Part shown: positions 11,460 through 24,739 of the stretch, piece by piece
How the letters are laid out: every line of letters starts with the position of its first letter
Numbering within the stretch: position 1 is the first letter of the stretch
Origin: Octopus vulgaris
Lineage: Eukaryota
Assembly (NCBI GenBank): GCA_951406725.2
Contig: OX597816.1
Span: 1,364,001 to 1,428,000, forward strand
Direction of reading: 5' to 3'
Length of the DNA stretch: 64,000 bases
Notes under the pieces: model-generated
The model's database searches: none
What the model was told of the DNA's origin: nothing
The model's input: the letters and a program-made list of their open reading frames with translations, nothing else
Made by a program: the position numbers and the translations under genes

Positions 11460-11652
11460 GGTTTCAGTTTTGTTTTTTTTTGCACAAAGCCAGCAAGTTT
11501 GGAGGGAGGGCGTAAGTCGTTTAAACCAACTGCAGCACAACTGGTACTTATGAAGGGCAAAGTCGAATTTGAACTCAGAACGCCAAGACGAACAAAAAGC
11601 CGCAAAGCATTTCGTCCGGCGCGCTAACGATTCTGCCAGGTCCGCCGCCGCC
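11460..11652 (-). mobile_element. tRNA-derived SINE (family 1), degenerate
   Basis: Reverse complement begins ggcggcggacctggcagaatcgttagcgcgccggacgaaatgc...gttctgagttcaaattc. Confidence 0.7.
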
Positions 11653-11784
11653 TTAACGGCTGGAAATGACTATTGCAAGGTAATATTTGCAGGGACACTG
11701 TCCACGTCTTTGGACTTGAGTAATAAAACTGGGATCAATAATTAATAAAGTTTGTTAGTAATAAATTGATATTGCAATGACGAA

Positions 11785-11826
<42 letters not shown>
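11785..11826. repeat. (GCG)14 microsatellite
   Basis: Read directly from the sequence. Confidence 0.95.
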
Positions 11827-11827
<1 letters not shown>

Positions 11828-13201
11828 AGGCGATGAATTTATTACAAAAAAACGACTGTGAAGTCGTTCATTGTTCAATATCTGACGTAATCGTCTTGCT
11901 AACACTCATTCGTCACAAGCATCCGGTTTGTACACACACATACGTACGTACATACACACACACACACACATATATATATATAGAGATAGAGAGAGAGAGA
12001 AAGAGAGGAGGAGGGGTGTGGGGGTGGGGCTGTGGTAATAATCTCCATTCATCCACCCAATGGCCTCTACATTCACCATCTGCCATAAAATCTGCTGAGG
12101 CAGTTGTTTTTTGTTCACAGATATCCAGATGGCCTCTTACTGGTGAGGTGAACCGGTGCATGTGTAGGTATGTATGTAAGTGTGTATATGGGTGTGTATA
12201 GATACATAGACGCACGCACCTGGGGTGATTAAGAAATCCCTTTCGCATTCAAACGATTTATTAAATAATTGTTTTTTTAAAATATATTTTTAATGCTATT
12301 TTTGAAGCGAATATTATACGCGCGCGCGCGCGCGTGTGTGTATAAAATTTTACAAGGCAGGCTGTGAGGTAAGAAGTTTGCTTCCTAACCACATGGTTCC
12401 GGGTTCAGTCCCACCACGGGGCACCTTGGAGTTTTTCGACTAAGATTCTACAAGGTGGTGCCCCAGCATGGTCGCAGTCAAGTAGAGCTTTACTAAACTT
12501 TACTAAACATGTACAATACTAAAACGTATCAAGTACTCAGAACAGAGAAGGGAAGAGACGGAAGCAAAGGGAGAAAGAGTGGCAGCAATTCTCTTTCTCT
12601 CCCCTCCTCCCTCCACTATTCTCCCTCTTTTATTCTGTGCACCCCTCCTTTATTCCCTTTCTTTCTATCTACCCCTCCTCCCCCACTTTCGTCCCTTTAC
12701 TTTGCTTCCATCTCCGTCTCTTTCTCTCCCTTACTTCCTTCTCGCTACCCCTCATCATCCCATTTCTCCGTCCATTTCTTCCCTTTTTTCCTTGACCGCT
12801 CACCTCTTCAGTCATGTTTCTCTCGGATTTTCGCCTTTGCATTTCCCTTTTTCCCCCCACCTTTCTTTCTATCTTTCCATCTCCATTTCCCTTTTCCGTG
12901 TCCACTAGGACATCAGTTTCCTTTACACAGATCTTGTCCTAATGCTGTCTGATGGCTGCTCTAACACCTTTATAGGTTTCCATTTATATAAATTCTACCA
13001 ACTGCCACCTGTCCTTTGTTTTCGTCGCTGTTCTTTGTTTCTTCATTCATTTCCAGCAACTTTTTGCTGTTGATGTCACTAAAATGAACAATAGATTGTT
13101 AAAGGCGCGAAACTGTTATGATTTTTGGACAATAACTGATAAGGGAAGAGCATGCCCATGTTTTGTGTATGTTCCTTTGTCGTCCTTCTGTGCGATTTTT
13201 T

Positions 13202-13233
<32 letters not shown>

Positions 13234-13369
13234 CCAGCAAATATAAGTATAACAAATATCTTGTGACATAAATTCTGTATTTTTCTAAAATTCTTTCCGC
13301 CTGAAGAGGAAGTACAATAATTACCAAGTAACAATTAAAGAAAGAAGATAATCTCAAGAGTCAAGAATT

Positions 13370-15720
13370 CTCCGAAGTTGAAATGCCATTATGGAAAAGA
13401 ACAGGTTTATTTTCCCGTGATCAATGACCTCAGGTTGCTCGAATTAGATGTGGCCGCAATTAGCGAGACAAAGGTTTCTAATGCGCAAGCACTAACGCCC
13501 ACGACTATGGGATATTTTGACGGGAATGGACGGCAAAGTAGCAGTGCTATTCCGAAACCCCTTAGATCTCAAAGTACAGGCAATGTTCTTAGACCTAGAC
13601 GTGAGCGACAATGAAGGTAGCACATTTGGATTGTTGGCCGTTTATGTTCCAACAGGGGCTGGAAGGCCAGATTTCTTCAAGCATCTTGAAACTTTTCTGA
13701 AAATGTTTCGCACTTTAGTACTAATGGGGGACTGAACTATTATTTTGGATGCACGGCAGGAGTATATAAGGGGCTAGAACTTAGCAGGAGGGGTGCAGAA
13801 GCCTTGAAAATCTACTCAGAAACTTCCGACTCTCAGGTACAGAGTGGATTTCCCTGATGTGCCAGTCTGGACATCGAACAACCACAAAGGGTCGTCCAGA
13901 TCATATCTAGATGGAGTATTTGTTAGGTCAGCGGATAGGGTCAGCGTAGGTTGTCCACGATTCAAATTGGTCAGCTACATAGACCACAAATTTGTGATCT
14001 GCACAGTCGATTTAGATAGGACACATAGACAGAAACCCGGTTATTGGAAACTGAATTCGTCGTTACCGGCACACAAGGATTACAAGGGACCGGATTAGTT
14101 GAACAGCAGTTGACGGAAGTGGATCGCCCTGAAGAGAGCGATTAGAGTAGAATCGATAAGGTTTAGCAAAGAGCTAGGAATAGAAAGAAACAGATTAGAG
14201 AGAAGAGGCGATTAATGAAAGCTACGCGACCGATGTGGTGGGGACGAGAATGGCCCTTGACCGTTTCTTCGAGGCGAAACACAAATGGTGCGTTGTCAGA
14301 ACTAAATCCCTTGCACTGAAACACGAAATAATTAAAGCCATCCAATGGGCTCGAACAGTTTTCAGATGTGACATAGCAACAAAACTACGATGAGATCTTT
14401 GACAGATCGAGACAGACGCATCCTTCTCGATTCCGAGTTGATGCATGCGGCTTTCAAGCAGTATTTCGCGTGGCTGTTTGGAGAGGGCGATGGGTCAACG
14501 ACGGTGGAGGACTTTTGTTCATACCTGGACGGCTTTCTGCGGCTCTCGGCAGCCGACGCGAAGTCTTGCGAAAGGTCAATAATGGCCATTAAAATACAGG
14601 AAGCGGTGACCGATTGCACATGTCACAAACCACCCGGTTGGGATGGTCTGTCCTATGAATTCTATGTATTCATGCAAGATTTGTTTGGCGGCCTCTTCGC
14701 AGACGCCTGCTGTAGCTGGCAGCAGAATGGGAGAATTCCTAATGCTGTTAGCCAGGGTGTGGTAACACTGCTGGGGAAGAACGCCAACAACGGTGAAGTG
14801 CCAGGGAATTTTCGACCCATAACTCTGCTACACCCAGAGTTAAAAAATTTTGACCAAGGTATTAACAAAAAGGTTGGTAGTGTGATCGGGGAAGCACAAT
14901 CCCGAACAGGTTTATCCACGACAACCTCCACCTTTTGTGGTGTATCATAGAGAGTGTTAGGACTAAAGCTGGCTTCGGTGGGACCTGATCATCGTTACTT
15001 GGGAACCATCCCGAACTGGCCGGTTTCGGACCCGTTTTCAAAGGCTGGATCGCTGCAATGCACAGAGGCACCTGCTCGGTGGTCAAAGTAAACGGCCATC
15101 TATCGAAACCGTTTCATATCGACACGCTCGGTCCGTTAGAGCTGCCCGCTGTAGTATCCTCTGTATGTGCTAGCCCTCGAGCCACTGCTGCCGACGCTGG
15201 AGCAGTCGTACCATGTCCCGGTTATGGCTTGACCAGGTTGGGGAGTCTCTAATTTAATTTCTTGTGGAAGGGACGCGTCCCAATGGTCAGGCTGTCAGCA
15301 CCCTCTAAGTGCCGTGGCTTCTGATGCGGAGACGCGCTCAGGTTGCCCCACCTTCAACGATTTCTGGACGGTGAGTGTGTGTGTATTCCGTTTGTGTGGC
15401 ACGTCTTGCTGCAGCTCATGTTTTTGACGGAGCTGCAGTCCTGGCTGGAGAAAAGACCAATGCTGACCACTTGGCACCTCGAATGTCGTCAGGCGTTCAC
15501 AGACCTCTGCCAGTCGGTGGATGTTCCATTTTAGCAATAAATCAAAGATTAGTGGCGGCGAAGTGCGACGACGTTCTTAGGGAAATTCTGACCATCAACA
15601 AAAACGAACTGGCCAGTCTGTTCCGGAGGACTTTCCAGTCGGGGACGACCATAGATAATTTGCACTGAGTGTTCAGGAAGGTCTTCGACCGTTGGATTCC
15701 TCGGGTGTCCCTTAGAGGTC
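13370..15720 (+). mobile_element. Decayed L1/Tx1-clade LINE ORF2 (APE endonuclease + RT)
   Basis: Fragmented ORFs: LDVAAISETK, LVLMGD, SYLDGVFV...IDHKFV...PGYWKLNSSL, KPPGWDGLSYEFY, NFRPITLL, VKVNGHLSKPF. Confidence 0.85.
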
Positions 15721-15890
15721 TTCCAGTATGAAGAAGACCACATCATTATCCATTATTTTATTTTCTCCCTGCTTTCTTTTTTCTTATATATGCTTCCTTT
15801 ATTTTATTGTGTACTTTCTATATACATATACATACATACATACATACATACATACATACATACATACATACATACATACATACATACGTA

Positions 15891-16436
15891 CAGAGTGCAA
15901 TGAGTAAATTGTCGCCAGTTTATATTTTTAATTTCGTTCATGCGCATTGTTTGTTTTTGATTTTGTCGACTACACAGTATAGTAGGGTCAGTTGGGCACC
16001 GTCTGTGAGAAAAACGGCATCATGACGTAATTCACTCTGTCAGAAATTTGGAAACGACTTGCTATACTGCTTGGTATTCGCGCCGGAAGTTCCAACACGA
16101 ACATTTCAGAGTGATTGATTGTCAATCTGAGTGTTTGCCGTCTCCCCAAAACATGTACTGAGTGTAATAAAACTCAAACATCCAGTCAACATCCTGGTGT
16201 CTGGAGTGATTACTAGTGATGGCGACGTTATGCTTCCATTCCTCTTCCCCCACGGCCTCAGACTCAACACGAAGGCCTATATCAAGTGCCTGGAAGAGGT
16301 AGTGCTGCCCTGGGTCAAGAGGGTGGCTGCTGGAAGACCCTATGTCAGGCAACAGGGCTCTGCACTGTATCACACAAGCAGGAGAACCCAGTCATGGCTA
16401 TCAGACAATTTCTACGACCACATCACCCCTAACATC
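15891..16436 (+). mobile_element. Internally deleted, 3'-truncated Tc1/mariner (DD37D-like) fragment
   Basis: TA-CAGAGTG start; ORF 16131 KHPVNILVSGVITSDGDVMLP...RQQGSALYHTSRRTQSWL; cut off by the following LINE. Confidence 0.75.
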
Positions 16437-17918
16437 AATCCCATGAAAAGGAGAGAGCAGATAAAGAAGTTTGGGTAATAGAAAATATAAAATCAAACCC
16501 TAAAGCTTTCTTTAAGTTTGCCAAAGAGACAGCCACAATGCACCAGAGAATAGGACCTCTCTTCCAAAAAGATGGCTCTCTCACAGAAAATCCCACGAGG
16601 ATAAGTGAAATACTGAACGAACAATTCCAAAGTGTGTTCACTACACCCCTGGGACACAGGCAAGTAAACAACCCAGAAGAATTCTTTGCCACTTTACCTG
16701 CGGCCAAAGAGGCAAAAATTGAGTACATCAACATTGAAGATGATGATATCACACTAGCCATTGATGAGATTGACACAAACTCAGCTGCTGGACCTGGTGG
16801 ATTTCCAGCGATCCTTCTCAAATCGTGCAAACGAGCCCTTGCAAAACTGCTACAGCTTCTTTTTCAGAGCTTCCTTGCAAGTGGTAAGCTCCCAGTCAAA
16901 TTGAAAGAGGGGGTAATATGCCCTATCCATAAGGGAGGTAGCAGAGCAGATGCTAAAAATTATAGGCCTATCTCTCTAACCTCACACATCAGCAAAGTCA
17001 TGGAACGAATAGTCCGCAAGAAACTAATCATGTTCCTTGAAGAAAATGACTTGCTGACAGACACCCAGCATGGATTTCGACCTGATAGAAACTGTCTGAC
17101 ACAGCTCCTGCAACACTATGACTGAGTGTTAAAACAGCTACTAAATGGCTCAAATGTGGATGTAATATATCTCGACTTTGCAAAAGCCTTTGATAAAGTC
17201 GACCATGGTATGATCTGTCACAAACTGCGTGGTCTCAGCATAGGCGGAAAACTTGGAGAGTGGCTGCACAACTTCCAAAAAGACAGAAGACAGGCAGTTG
17301 TGAGCAATGGAGCCACCTCCAAGGAAACACAAATAACAAGCGGTGTCCCACAGGGTACTGTCTTGGGTCCACTGCTGTTCATAGTGGCCCTTTCAGACAT
17401 GCCTTAAGTTGCTACGATGGCCACCCTTGGTAGCTATGCAGATGACACAAAAGTCTCCCACACAATACAAAACCCTGAAAATATTGCGCATCTGCAACAG
17501 GAGTTGGATAAAATATACAAGTGGGCGGAGGACAACAACATGCAGTTTAATGCAGGTAAGTTCCAGGCCCTGCGCTACCGGCACACGAAGGTAAACGACG
17601 TGCAGACTGGATACACTGGCCCAGGAAGAATTGCAATCCCTGAGTCAAAATCAGTGCGTGACCTGGGCATTGACATGAGCAATGATGCATCTTTCCAAGT
17701 GCATATTGCTAATCTGGTGATAAAATGCAGACGGCTAGCTGGATGGATTCTCCGAACTTTCAGAACAAGAGAGAAGGAGACACTGATGGTCCTCTGGAAA
17801 ACATTCGTCCTCAGCCGCTTGGACTACTGCTCCCAACTATGGTCACCACACAATATAAAACTAACAGCAGAACTCGAAGCAATTCAGAGAAGCTACACAA
17901 AGAAGATCGTCTCAATGT
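16437..17918 (+). mobile_element. CR1-group LINE RT fragment
   Basis: ORFs 16538, 17126 and 17417: NYRPISLTSHISKVMERIV, QHGFR, YLDFAKAFDKVDH, SGVPQGTVLGPLLF, YADDTK, RLDYCSQLWSPH; in-frame stops. Confidence 0.93.
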
Positions 17919-18988
17919 AAAATGTGCCGCGCAATGAGGTTGAACCCGGAACCACGTGGTAGAGAAGCAAACTTCTTATCACATATATTTCAGTCATTTC
18001 ACTGCAGACATACATCAAATGGGGGTTGCAAGGTTTTAAGGAATGTGGGACCACCTCTTGGCCACTATTGTTCTCAGGTCTGACCCGGAGAAGCAATCCT
18101 TGTTAGGGTCCCTGCTATGGGTTAACTAGCACGTGAACTACTGGGAGTGAAGGACTTCTAGTTCTCGATGGAATCTTCTTCCGGAAGAAGGTTAACACAT
18201 AAAGCGCGACGGGCCACGATCGTGACCCAGATGCGTTTAATTTATGGGCATTTGTTGGGGGTCTAATGTCACTCAGACGCTCCGATACCCACCCATAATG
18301 CAAGAGGACTAATAGTTCAACTAATGACTTTTCAGATGATGTAAAACTTGCCACCATTATATACTAAGAAGATATTTTAACTATTTTTTGTGTGCATGGT
18401 AGTCTCATTTTCATAAAATGTGCTCAGCAGTCCATGCTATGTGAGTGCAAGTCCCAGCACTTTATGGGTTAAACTCTTATATAGAAAAAAAATAAAAGAC
18501 CTCAAGGGCAGTCGGTTCCCGGTCGTGTTTTTGGTTTTATAATTGGTTCCCCTGAAAAGTGGGTTCTGTGCTGTGCAACATTTTATCCAATTCAGTGACA
18601 GGAATTTCTTGGACTCTTGGAACGTTTGCACAGACTTACTGAGTTTAGGAGTTTAGAAAAGGGGTCTTATTCGGTCACGAGTTGACTTCCACCATGTAAA
18701 TACGTATATGTGTGTATACACATACACACACATATATATATATTTACACACACACACACACACACACACGTAAATGCACACATCAAATGAACTGTGAGCA
18801 CGTGATCAAACGGAGTCTTTTGTCAGTTTTTGTTTATTTATTTCTAAGCAAACCCCGACCTATTGTTTTGTGTTATTAATTTTCAAACAACAATTTTCTA
18901 GCAATCCCCAGTTAAATGTAAACACAATTTATCATCTGCTGGTCCAGGAATGTATTAATCACTGACAAGCGAAAACAATTATCACTTG

Positions 18989-19025
<37 letters not shown>

Positions 19026-19087
19026 TGATAATACCTATTAAAATGAAAAAATGGAGTGTGTGAGAGAGAGGAGGGTTAGAGAGATAC

Positions 19088-19124
<37 letters not shown>

Positions 19125-19424
19125 ATGTGTTTGTGTGAGAGAGAGAGGGTGAAGGAGGGAGAGGAGGTAAACAGTTGTCAAATGATTTTTCGTGAAATAT
19201 ATTTATAAATAAACTGTTCAAATAAAAAAAAGTAGTTTTAGATGTATTAAAGTGGGTGGGTGGGGGATACAACTGCGAGAGAAATGTGTTATTTGGTTTG
19301 GAAATACGTAAATATTTCACACTAACTTTGTTTTCCGATTGATACACATTTTATTTTAAGGATAAATTTGAATGACATTTCATTAATGTCGTTCTAGAGT
19401 GATTTATTATTGTAAAGAGACACG

Positions 19425-19750
19425 GGCTCTTTTCCTTTTGAACGGCAGTTTGTAACATAATTTATAGGTAACTAAAAAGTTTTAAACTTCGTATACTGGT
19501 AGAATGTGTTTATGAAACATCATTTTTCTCTTGGCTTTATTGAGAAAATTCTATAGTTTGTAAGATATTTCGTCTGAAATTACTTGCATTTCGGCAATTT
19601 TAACCAATCGCTGACGTCCATTTCGGTAAATAACATTCTGTGCATAATGAATATGTCCCTCCTTTAAGAAACAGATTGGGTTTATTTACATTTGTGAAGA
19701 AAAAGATACCCTTCCCCCACCCCTAACCCTAAATCTAAAATAGATTGAAA
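19425..19750. mobile_element. Single arm of the 1710-2484 palindromic element
   Basis: ggctcttttccttttgaacggcagtttgtaac...tagattgaaa is nearly identical to 1710-2035. Confidence 0.88.
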
Positions 19751-19767
19751 CAATCTCAAACACATAC

Positions 19768-21277
19768 AGGGTGTTCGGGCTAAATTTGACGATTTTTATG
19801 TCTCCTTTTTTCAGGTACATCTTGATATATTAGTGGTGGAGAGCATAAAGATGAAAGTTGTACGAGGGGAAGTCAAAAGTTATTCGCACTTTCGCCGTAA
19901 CATATCTTTATTAGTGTCACACTGCCTTCTGCGCATGCGTGCTTATAGTTGGTACTCTTATGGTCATGTGATCGAAGTTTAAGCCTGATGACGCCATTTT
20001 TCTTTCTGGCTTTACAGCGTAAGCATGGCCGCTCCACCACCAATGTGGACCAAAACAGAACAAAGAACAGCGATCCGAGAGATTGGTAATGGTGAACCGG
20101 TTCCCTATTATCATCTCTTGAGCTTGCTGAATCTTTTCGTGATGGTGGAGGTTGACGAGCGTCCTGCTTCCTCTTCATGCGCCTCACTTGTCCGGCCACT
20201 TTTAAACTTCTCGATCTATTCATACACACTTCTACACGGTGTGTGCACTGTCCCCGTATTATGCTAAAAGCCTCCGATGGATTTCAGCATCTGACAGACC
20301 TTCCAGCCAGAGAAATCGGGTCAGTTCTTTGTTCTTCTTTGGTGCCCATTGCTAGTGGAGCGGCCATGCTTTCACTGTAAAGCCAGAAAGAAAAATGGTG
20401 CGATCAGGCTCAAACTTCGATCATGTGACCTCAATAGTACCAACTATCAGCGCGCATGCGCAGAAGGCAGTGTGACAATAATAAAGATGTGTTATGGCGA
20501 AAGAACGAATAATTTTTGACTTCCCCTCGTAGTTAAGAAAAAGCTGACATGGAGGACTCTAAATATTGGAAAAGAGTTATCTGTAATCACGATGATTCGC
20601 CCCAGGTGTGAAAATGCCGACATCATGACTGTTGTTCAATGCTCTGTGAACAACACTGTAAAGTCTGTAGGACATCGTGAAAACCAAGTTCGCCCAAAGT
20701 GTGATGGTATTTTGGGTGTGCCTCCAGTGAGGGTGACATCATGCCGTCCCATATCTTTAAACAGGGTTTTGGACTCAATTCAAACGGATATGTGAAGCTG
20801 CTGGAGAAGGTTGCTGCTCGGAGGCCGTGTGTGTGTGTGTGTGGCAGCAGGATCCGGCTTTTTGCCGGATCTCTGAAAAGAGTCAGAAATGGCTGTCGGA
20901 GAATTTCTACGACTTTACTAGTCCCAATTTCTGGCTCCTTAATTCCTCCCGATTGTAATCCTATGGGTTACTATGGTTACTATGTGAGGGGGGGGGGCGC
21001 AATTGACAGAGATACCAACTGCTCTGCTAACAACACCAAGGTCAAGGTCAAGGAGCAAATTCAATGAGGTGTTCAAAGATCTTCTTCCCCAGGAAACATT
21101 TGCCAGATTCCGGGGCCGTCTTGTGGTCATCGGGGAAGCTGAGGGCGGCTACTTTGAGTAGCCATAATCTAGTTTAAAATTGTTTTTGATTGTTTAAAAT
21201 ACTTTTATTTTGGGAAAGGATAATGTGTTTTCTTTTTCTTTTGTGCAAACTGCCAAATTTAGCCCCCTTCCCCCCGT
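19768..21277 (+). mobile_element. Decayed Tc1/mariner (DD37D-like) element
   Basis: Imperfect TIRs CAGGGTGTTCGGGCTAAATTTGAC / GCCAAATTTAGCCCC; remnants SSEGDIMPSHIF, WQQDPA, DCNPMGYY. Confidence 0.7.
19863..20529. mobile_element. mariner-derived MITE built from two inverted 5' ends
   Basis: TA-CGAGGGGAAGTCAAAA...TTTTGACTTCCCCTCG-TA; about 220-bp inverted repeats, each including the transposase start (MAAPPPMWTKTEQR / MAAPLAMGTKEEQR). Confidence 0.9.
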
Positions 21278-24200
21278 TTACACAAGTAAATATAAACGAT
21301 GAAGGTTTTTAAAAAAGGAAAATTCAGATAAATATATGATCGTTCTTTGCTTTATCCACAAACTGCCTAAAAGTGCGAACTACGAACGAAAGCTTTTTGA
21401 TTAAAACCCACAACTAGACGCAGTTTGTCAAGATTTCACACTTTTTAGAAATTATTAATTTCAGACCATGAATTTACAGAGGAAGTCAGTGAAATCACCT
21501 GATATCCATTGCCTTCCTAATAACATTAGTTCTAACACTAAATATCATAAAAAATTTTATTTTCCCTTTTCTCCTTCCTTCTTTTCGTCTTTTATCTTTT
21601 CCCCCCTCTATTCTGATGACACAATTTGATTTTCAGTTTCCCGTTTCTATTTCCCTCTAATCAATATCCAAACCTTTTTCTTCATCTCACTCCCCCCTCC
21701 ACTTCTCTTCCTTAGATTCATCCATCGATTTGTTGACTGCATCCTTTCTTCTTTTTAACCCCTTTTTTTCTCATCCAATCTCATCTACTTTTGCCTTTGT
21801 TTTTTTCCCCCTCAAAATAACTTTGATTCCGCCGTATCTTCCTCGATGCCCTAATTTTCTCTTCAATTATTTATTAACTCCAGATACAAAGCGATTTTGC
21901 AGACAATCTCCTTCATTAACTCTACAAAATATACCGATTTTCTTACGATACATTGTTTCTTCAGATTTCCATCCTTTTTCTTTTTTTACAGAGGTATCTG
22001 CACTAACTTCAAAGGTATCGTTGGGATGCTACTTGCCGCCATCTCTTCGCTACTGATGCTACTCCAAGTAGTTGCAACCTTCTCCTTCGCAGTCAATAAA
22101 CGGCAACTTTTAAACCCACAACTGCAGCTAAGGAAATAAACGAAACTGATACTTTATCCCCGCCACTGCCAATCGATCCTCGCCGTAGCGTTTCAACATT
22201 CCCCCGTTACTCTTTCACACTTTGCTTCAAATTAACAACAGTTTAATGTATTCACTGTTGAGAACACGTTTAAAGGCGGCGTAGACACACCATTAGCCGG
22301 GTCGCCATGTAACTCACAGAATACTTACTAATGAGGTCGCCATGTAACCCCGTCTCGATTCAGTGAGGTTGTAGCGGGGGCGCAGGGATTTATGCCGGGT
22401 GTTAAAAGGCTAAAACGTATTGATAGACGGACAGGCACAGGTGTCTTCGTCTAGTGGGGTACATGTCTACCCTACATTATATAAGGGTGGATGGAGAGGT
22501 AGCTGGAAAGTAGACAGCGATGAAGTGCCAGTGTATACTTTCAAGACAGAAGAGGACGAGTATGAGAGAGAATGCAGGCAAAGAAAGGGCGGAGGGTAAG
22601 TTCAGTAGAGTGTGAGAAGGGATTGATGGGTCTAGAGGGGAATGTAGTGAGTGGGACAAGGATGGAGATATGGGGGTGGATGGTATCAGTATATAATGGG
22701 GGTGGGGGAGGCGAATGAAAAGTTGCGGCTGGGGAAGGAGGGGGTGTTAAGTGATGGCATAGAAAGCGTGGAGGGCGGCTGTGTAATGAAAGCCTGTAAG
22801 ATAGATGAGAATATAGGGAGATGGATGTGCAAGGAGAGAAAGTGAGGGAGACGAGAGAGATGTACAGTGGTAGAGATGGCTGTCAGAGGTACATAGGGGT
22901 GGTTATAGTGAGTGGGGACCAAAAGTAGAATAGGTCATCGACGTCAGATGTTTGAGGGTGTTGAGAATGGTAGCAAGGTGAGATGTTAAAGGTGAGATAT
23001 GGCAGTCCTGGGATGAGTTCAGCGAAGAAGGAGAGATAACCGAAGGACATGGAATTGTCTTCATCTTTCAATGTCTGCTCATTTATCGTATTTCAATTAC
23101 AACCTAATGTTTGTTTATTAATGCCAGATTAGTCTTCCTTAAGCAGACTTGCAATCGAAGTCTTTCCAGACGTGGCAATCCTGTTTTGGGGCAAAGTGTG
23201 TCTTAGACTACATTATATAATAGGTCTTTCATTCTTCAAGACAGCCAATATCATATGAGTATTATGATGCTGCTATTTCTAGCATTTAAAGCGTCCACAT
23301 ACAAACTTCCTCGCTGGTTCTTTACTTAGTCTTTAAAGGGAAAATGAGATTTAATAATATTCAAGCTCCTTCAAGGAGATAATTTGTGTAAATGAAGGGA
23401 ATTGTTTAACTTTTAAAATGTGATAACGAAAGAACAGTGCCAAACCGCTTCCACAGAGAGGTACGGATGCCTTGGAGTGTTTATTTTAGTCCCATTAAAA
23501 CTTATGGGAGGCCCAACTCTGTACATGGGATCCGGAGGAATATTTTGTATCTTCTTTCTTTTATATTTTGAAAAAAAACCCCAACATTTTATATATTCTG
23601 TCAAATATGGTAATAATATCTAATGGAAGCTGAGCTAAATGGTCAGATCACTTCAAATGCCTTCTTCTGTCTGTTATATTTTCATACCAAAATACAGGCA
23701 GAACATTCTCGAAGATTTTATCATTTCGTTATAAGTTTTAATTTTAAATCTTTACCAAAGATAGTTTTAATACACGCCAAGGGCTCTGACTCGCATTAAC
23801 CTCGTCAAAAACACCAATATTTTCCTTACTTTTTCATTTTCCGTCGTTCTATTTCCTCTTTCTTAAATACCATTGGAAACAGCAATTGATAAATATGTAG
23901 CAAGCATATGGTTTCCATCCAATACCTCACACTTTCTATACATATACTCAAAAATCAGTCTACCGTGGTAAAAACAGTTGGTTAGCATCTGGCATAACAA
24001 AGGGTTATATAGAAAACACAAATGAATCCATAATTGATAAAAAAAAAAGTTTATTAACCAAAATCATCAAATACACCTTAGACACAAAATTCTGATAATA
24101 TGGCAAATATTATGGAACTTCAGTTCAAAAGCAGTAAATATTACTTCTTATGCAATAATCAAGTCAGCCAATGAAACGTAAGGAAGAAACAGTCAAGCAC

Positions 24201-24739
24201 TACAGCTGTTTCAGAAGGGGCACTGGGTACATATGTAACATTACAAATGTTTCATGGCTGTACGGTGTCTTTTCTCATCGGGTACATGCAGCTATTCTGT
24301 GGGGGACTTACAGACATGATTATATAATATGTGCACATGTGTGTGTGTGTGTGTGGGGGGGGGGTGGAATTATGCAGATTGTGGTCAATGGCTTGTTAGT
24401 ATCTAGCATATGAATGGCTTGGATAGAACACACGTAGCAAAGACTGAACGATCAATAAAATCAATATATAAGACTCACTTTGACTGAATCACAAGTGATA
24501 CACAACTCCAAGTTCATGAGCAACTCGCATCGCACAATATGTGATAAATAAGCGTACGAATATGTAACGTACGATAAACGATGCTAAATTGATTTCTATA
24601 ATAAGTAGCCATGTAGCTGATGAGAAGGTAGATTACAGGTACATTAGGATGTAATTACACCTTTAATTGACTGGATTTTCTGCTTTCGAAGCATGCGGTA
24701 CTGAAGTGTGAATATTCATTCTTATTAATCGCACACACT

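Noticed and set aside
22410-22460. Minus-strand ctagacga-a-gaca...tgtc resembling an HHR 5' half
   Set aside because: No GAAA after the stem and an insertion in the core.
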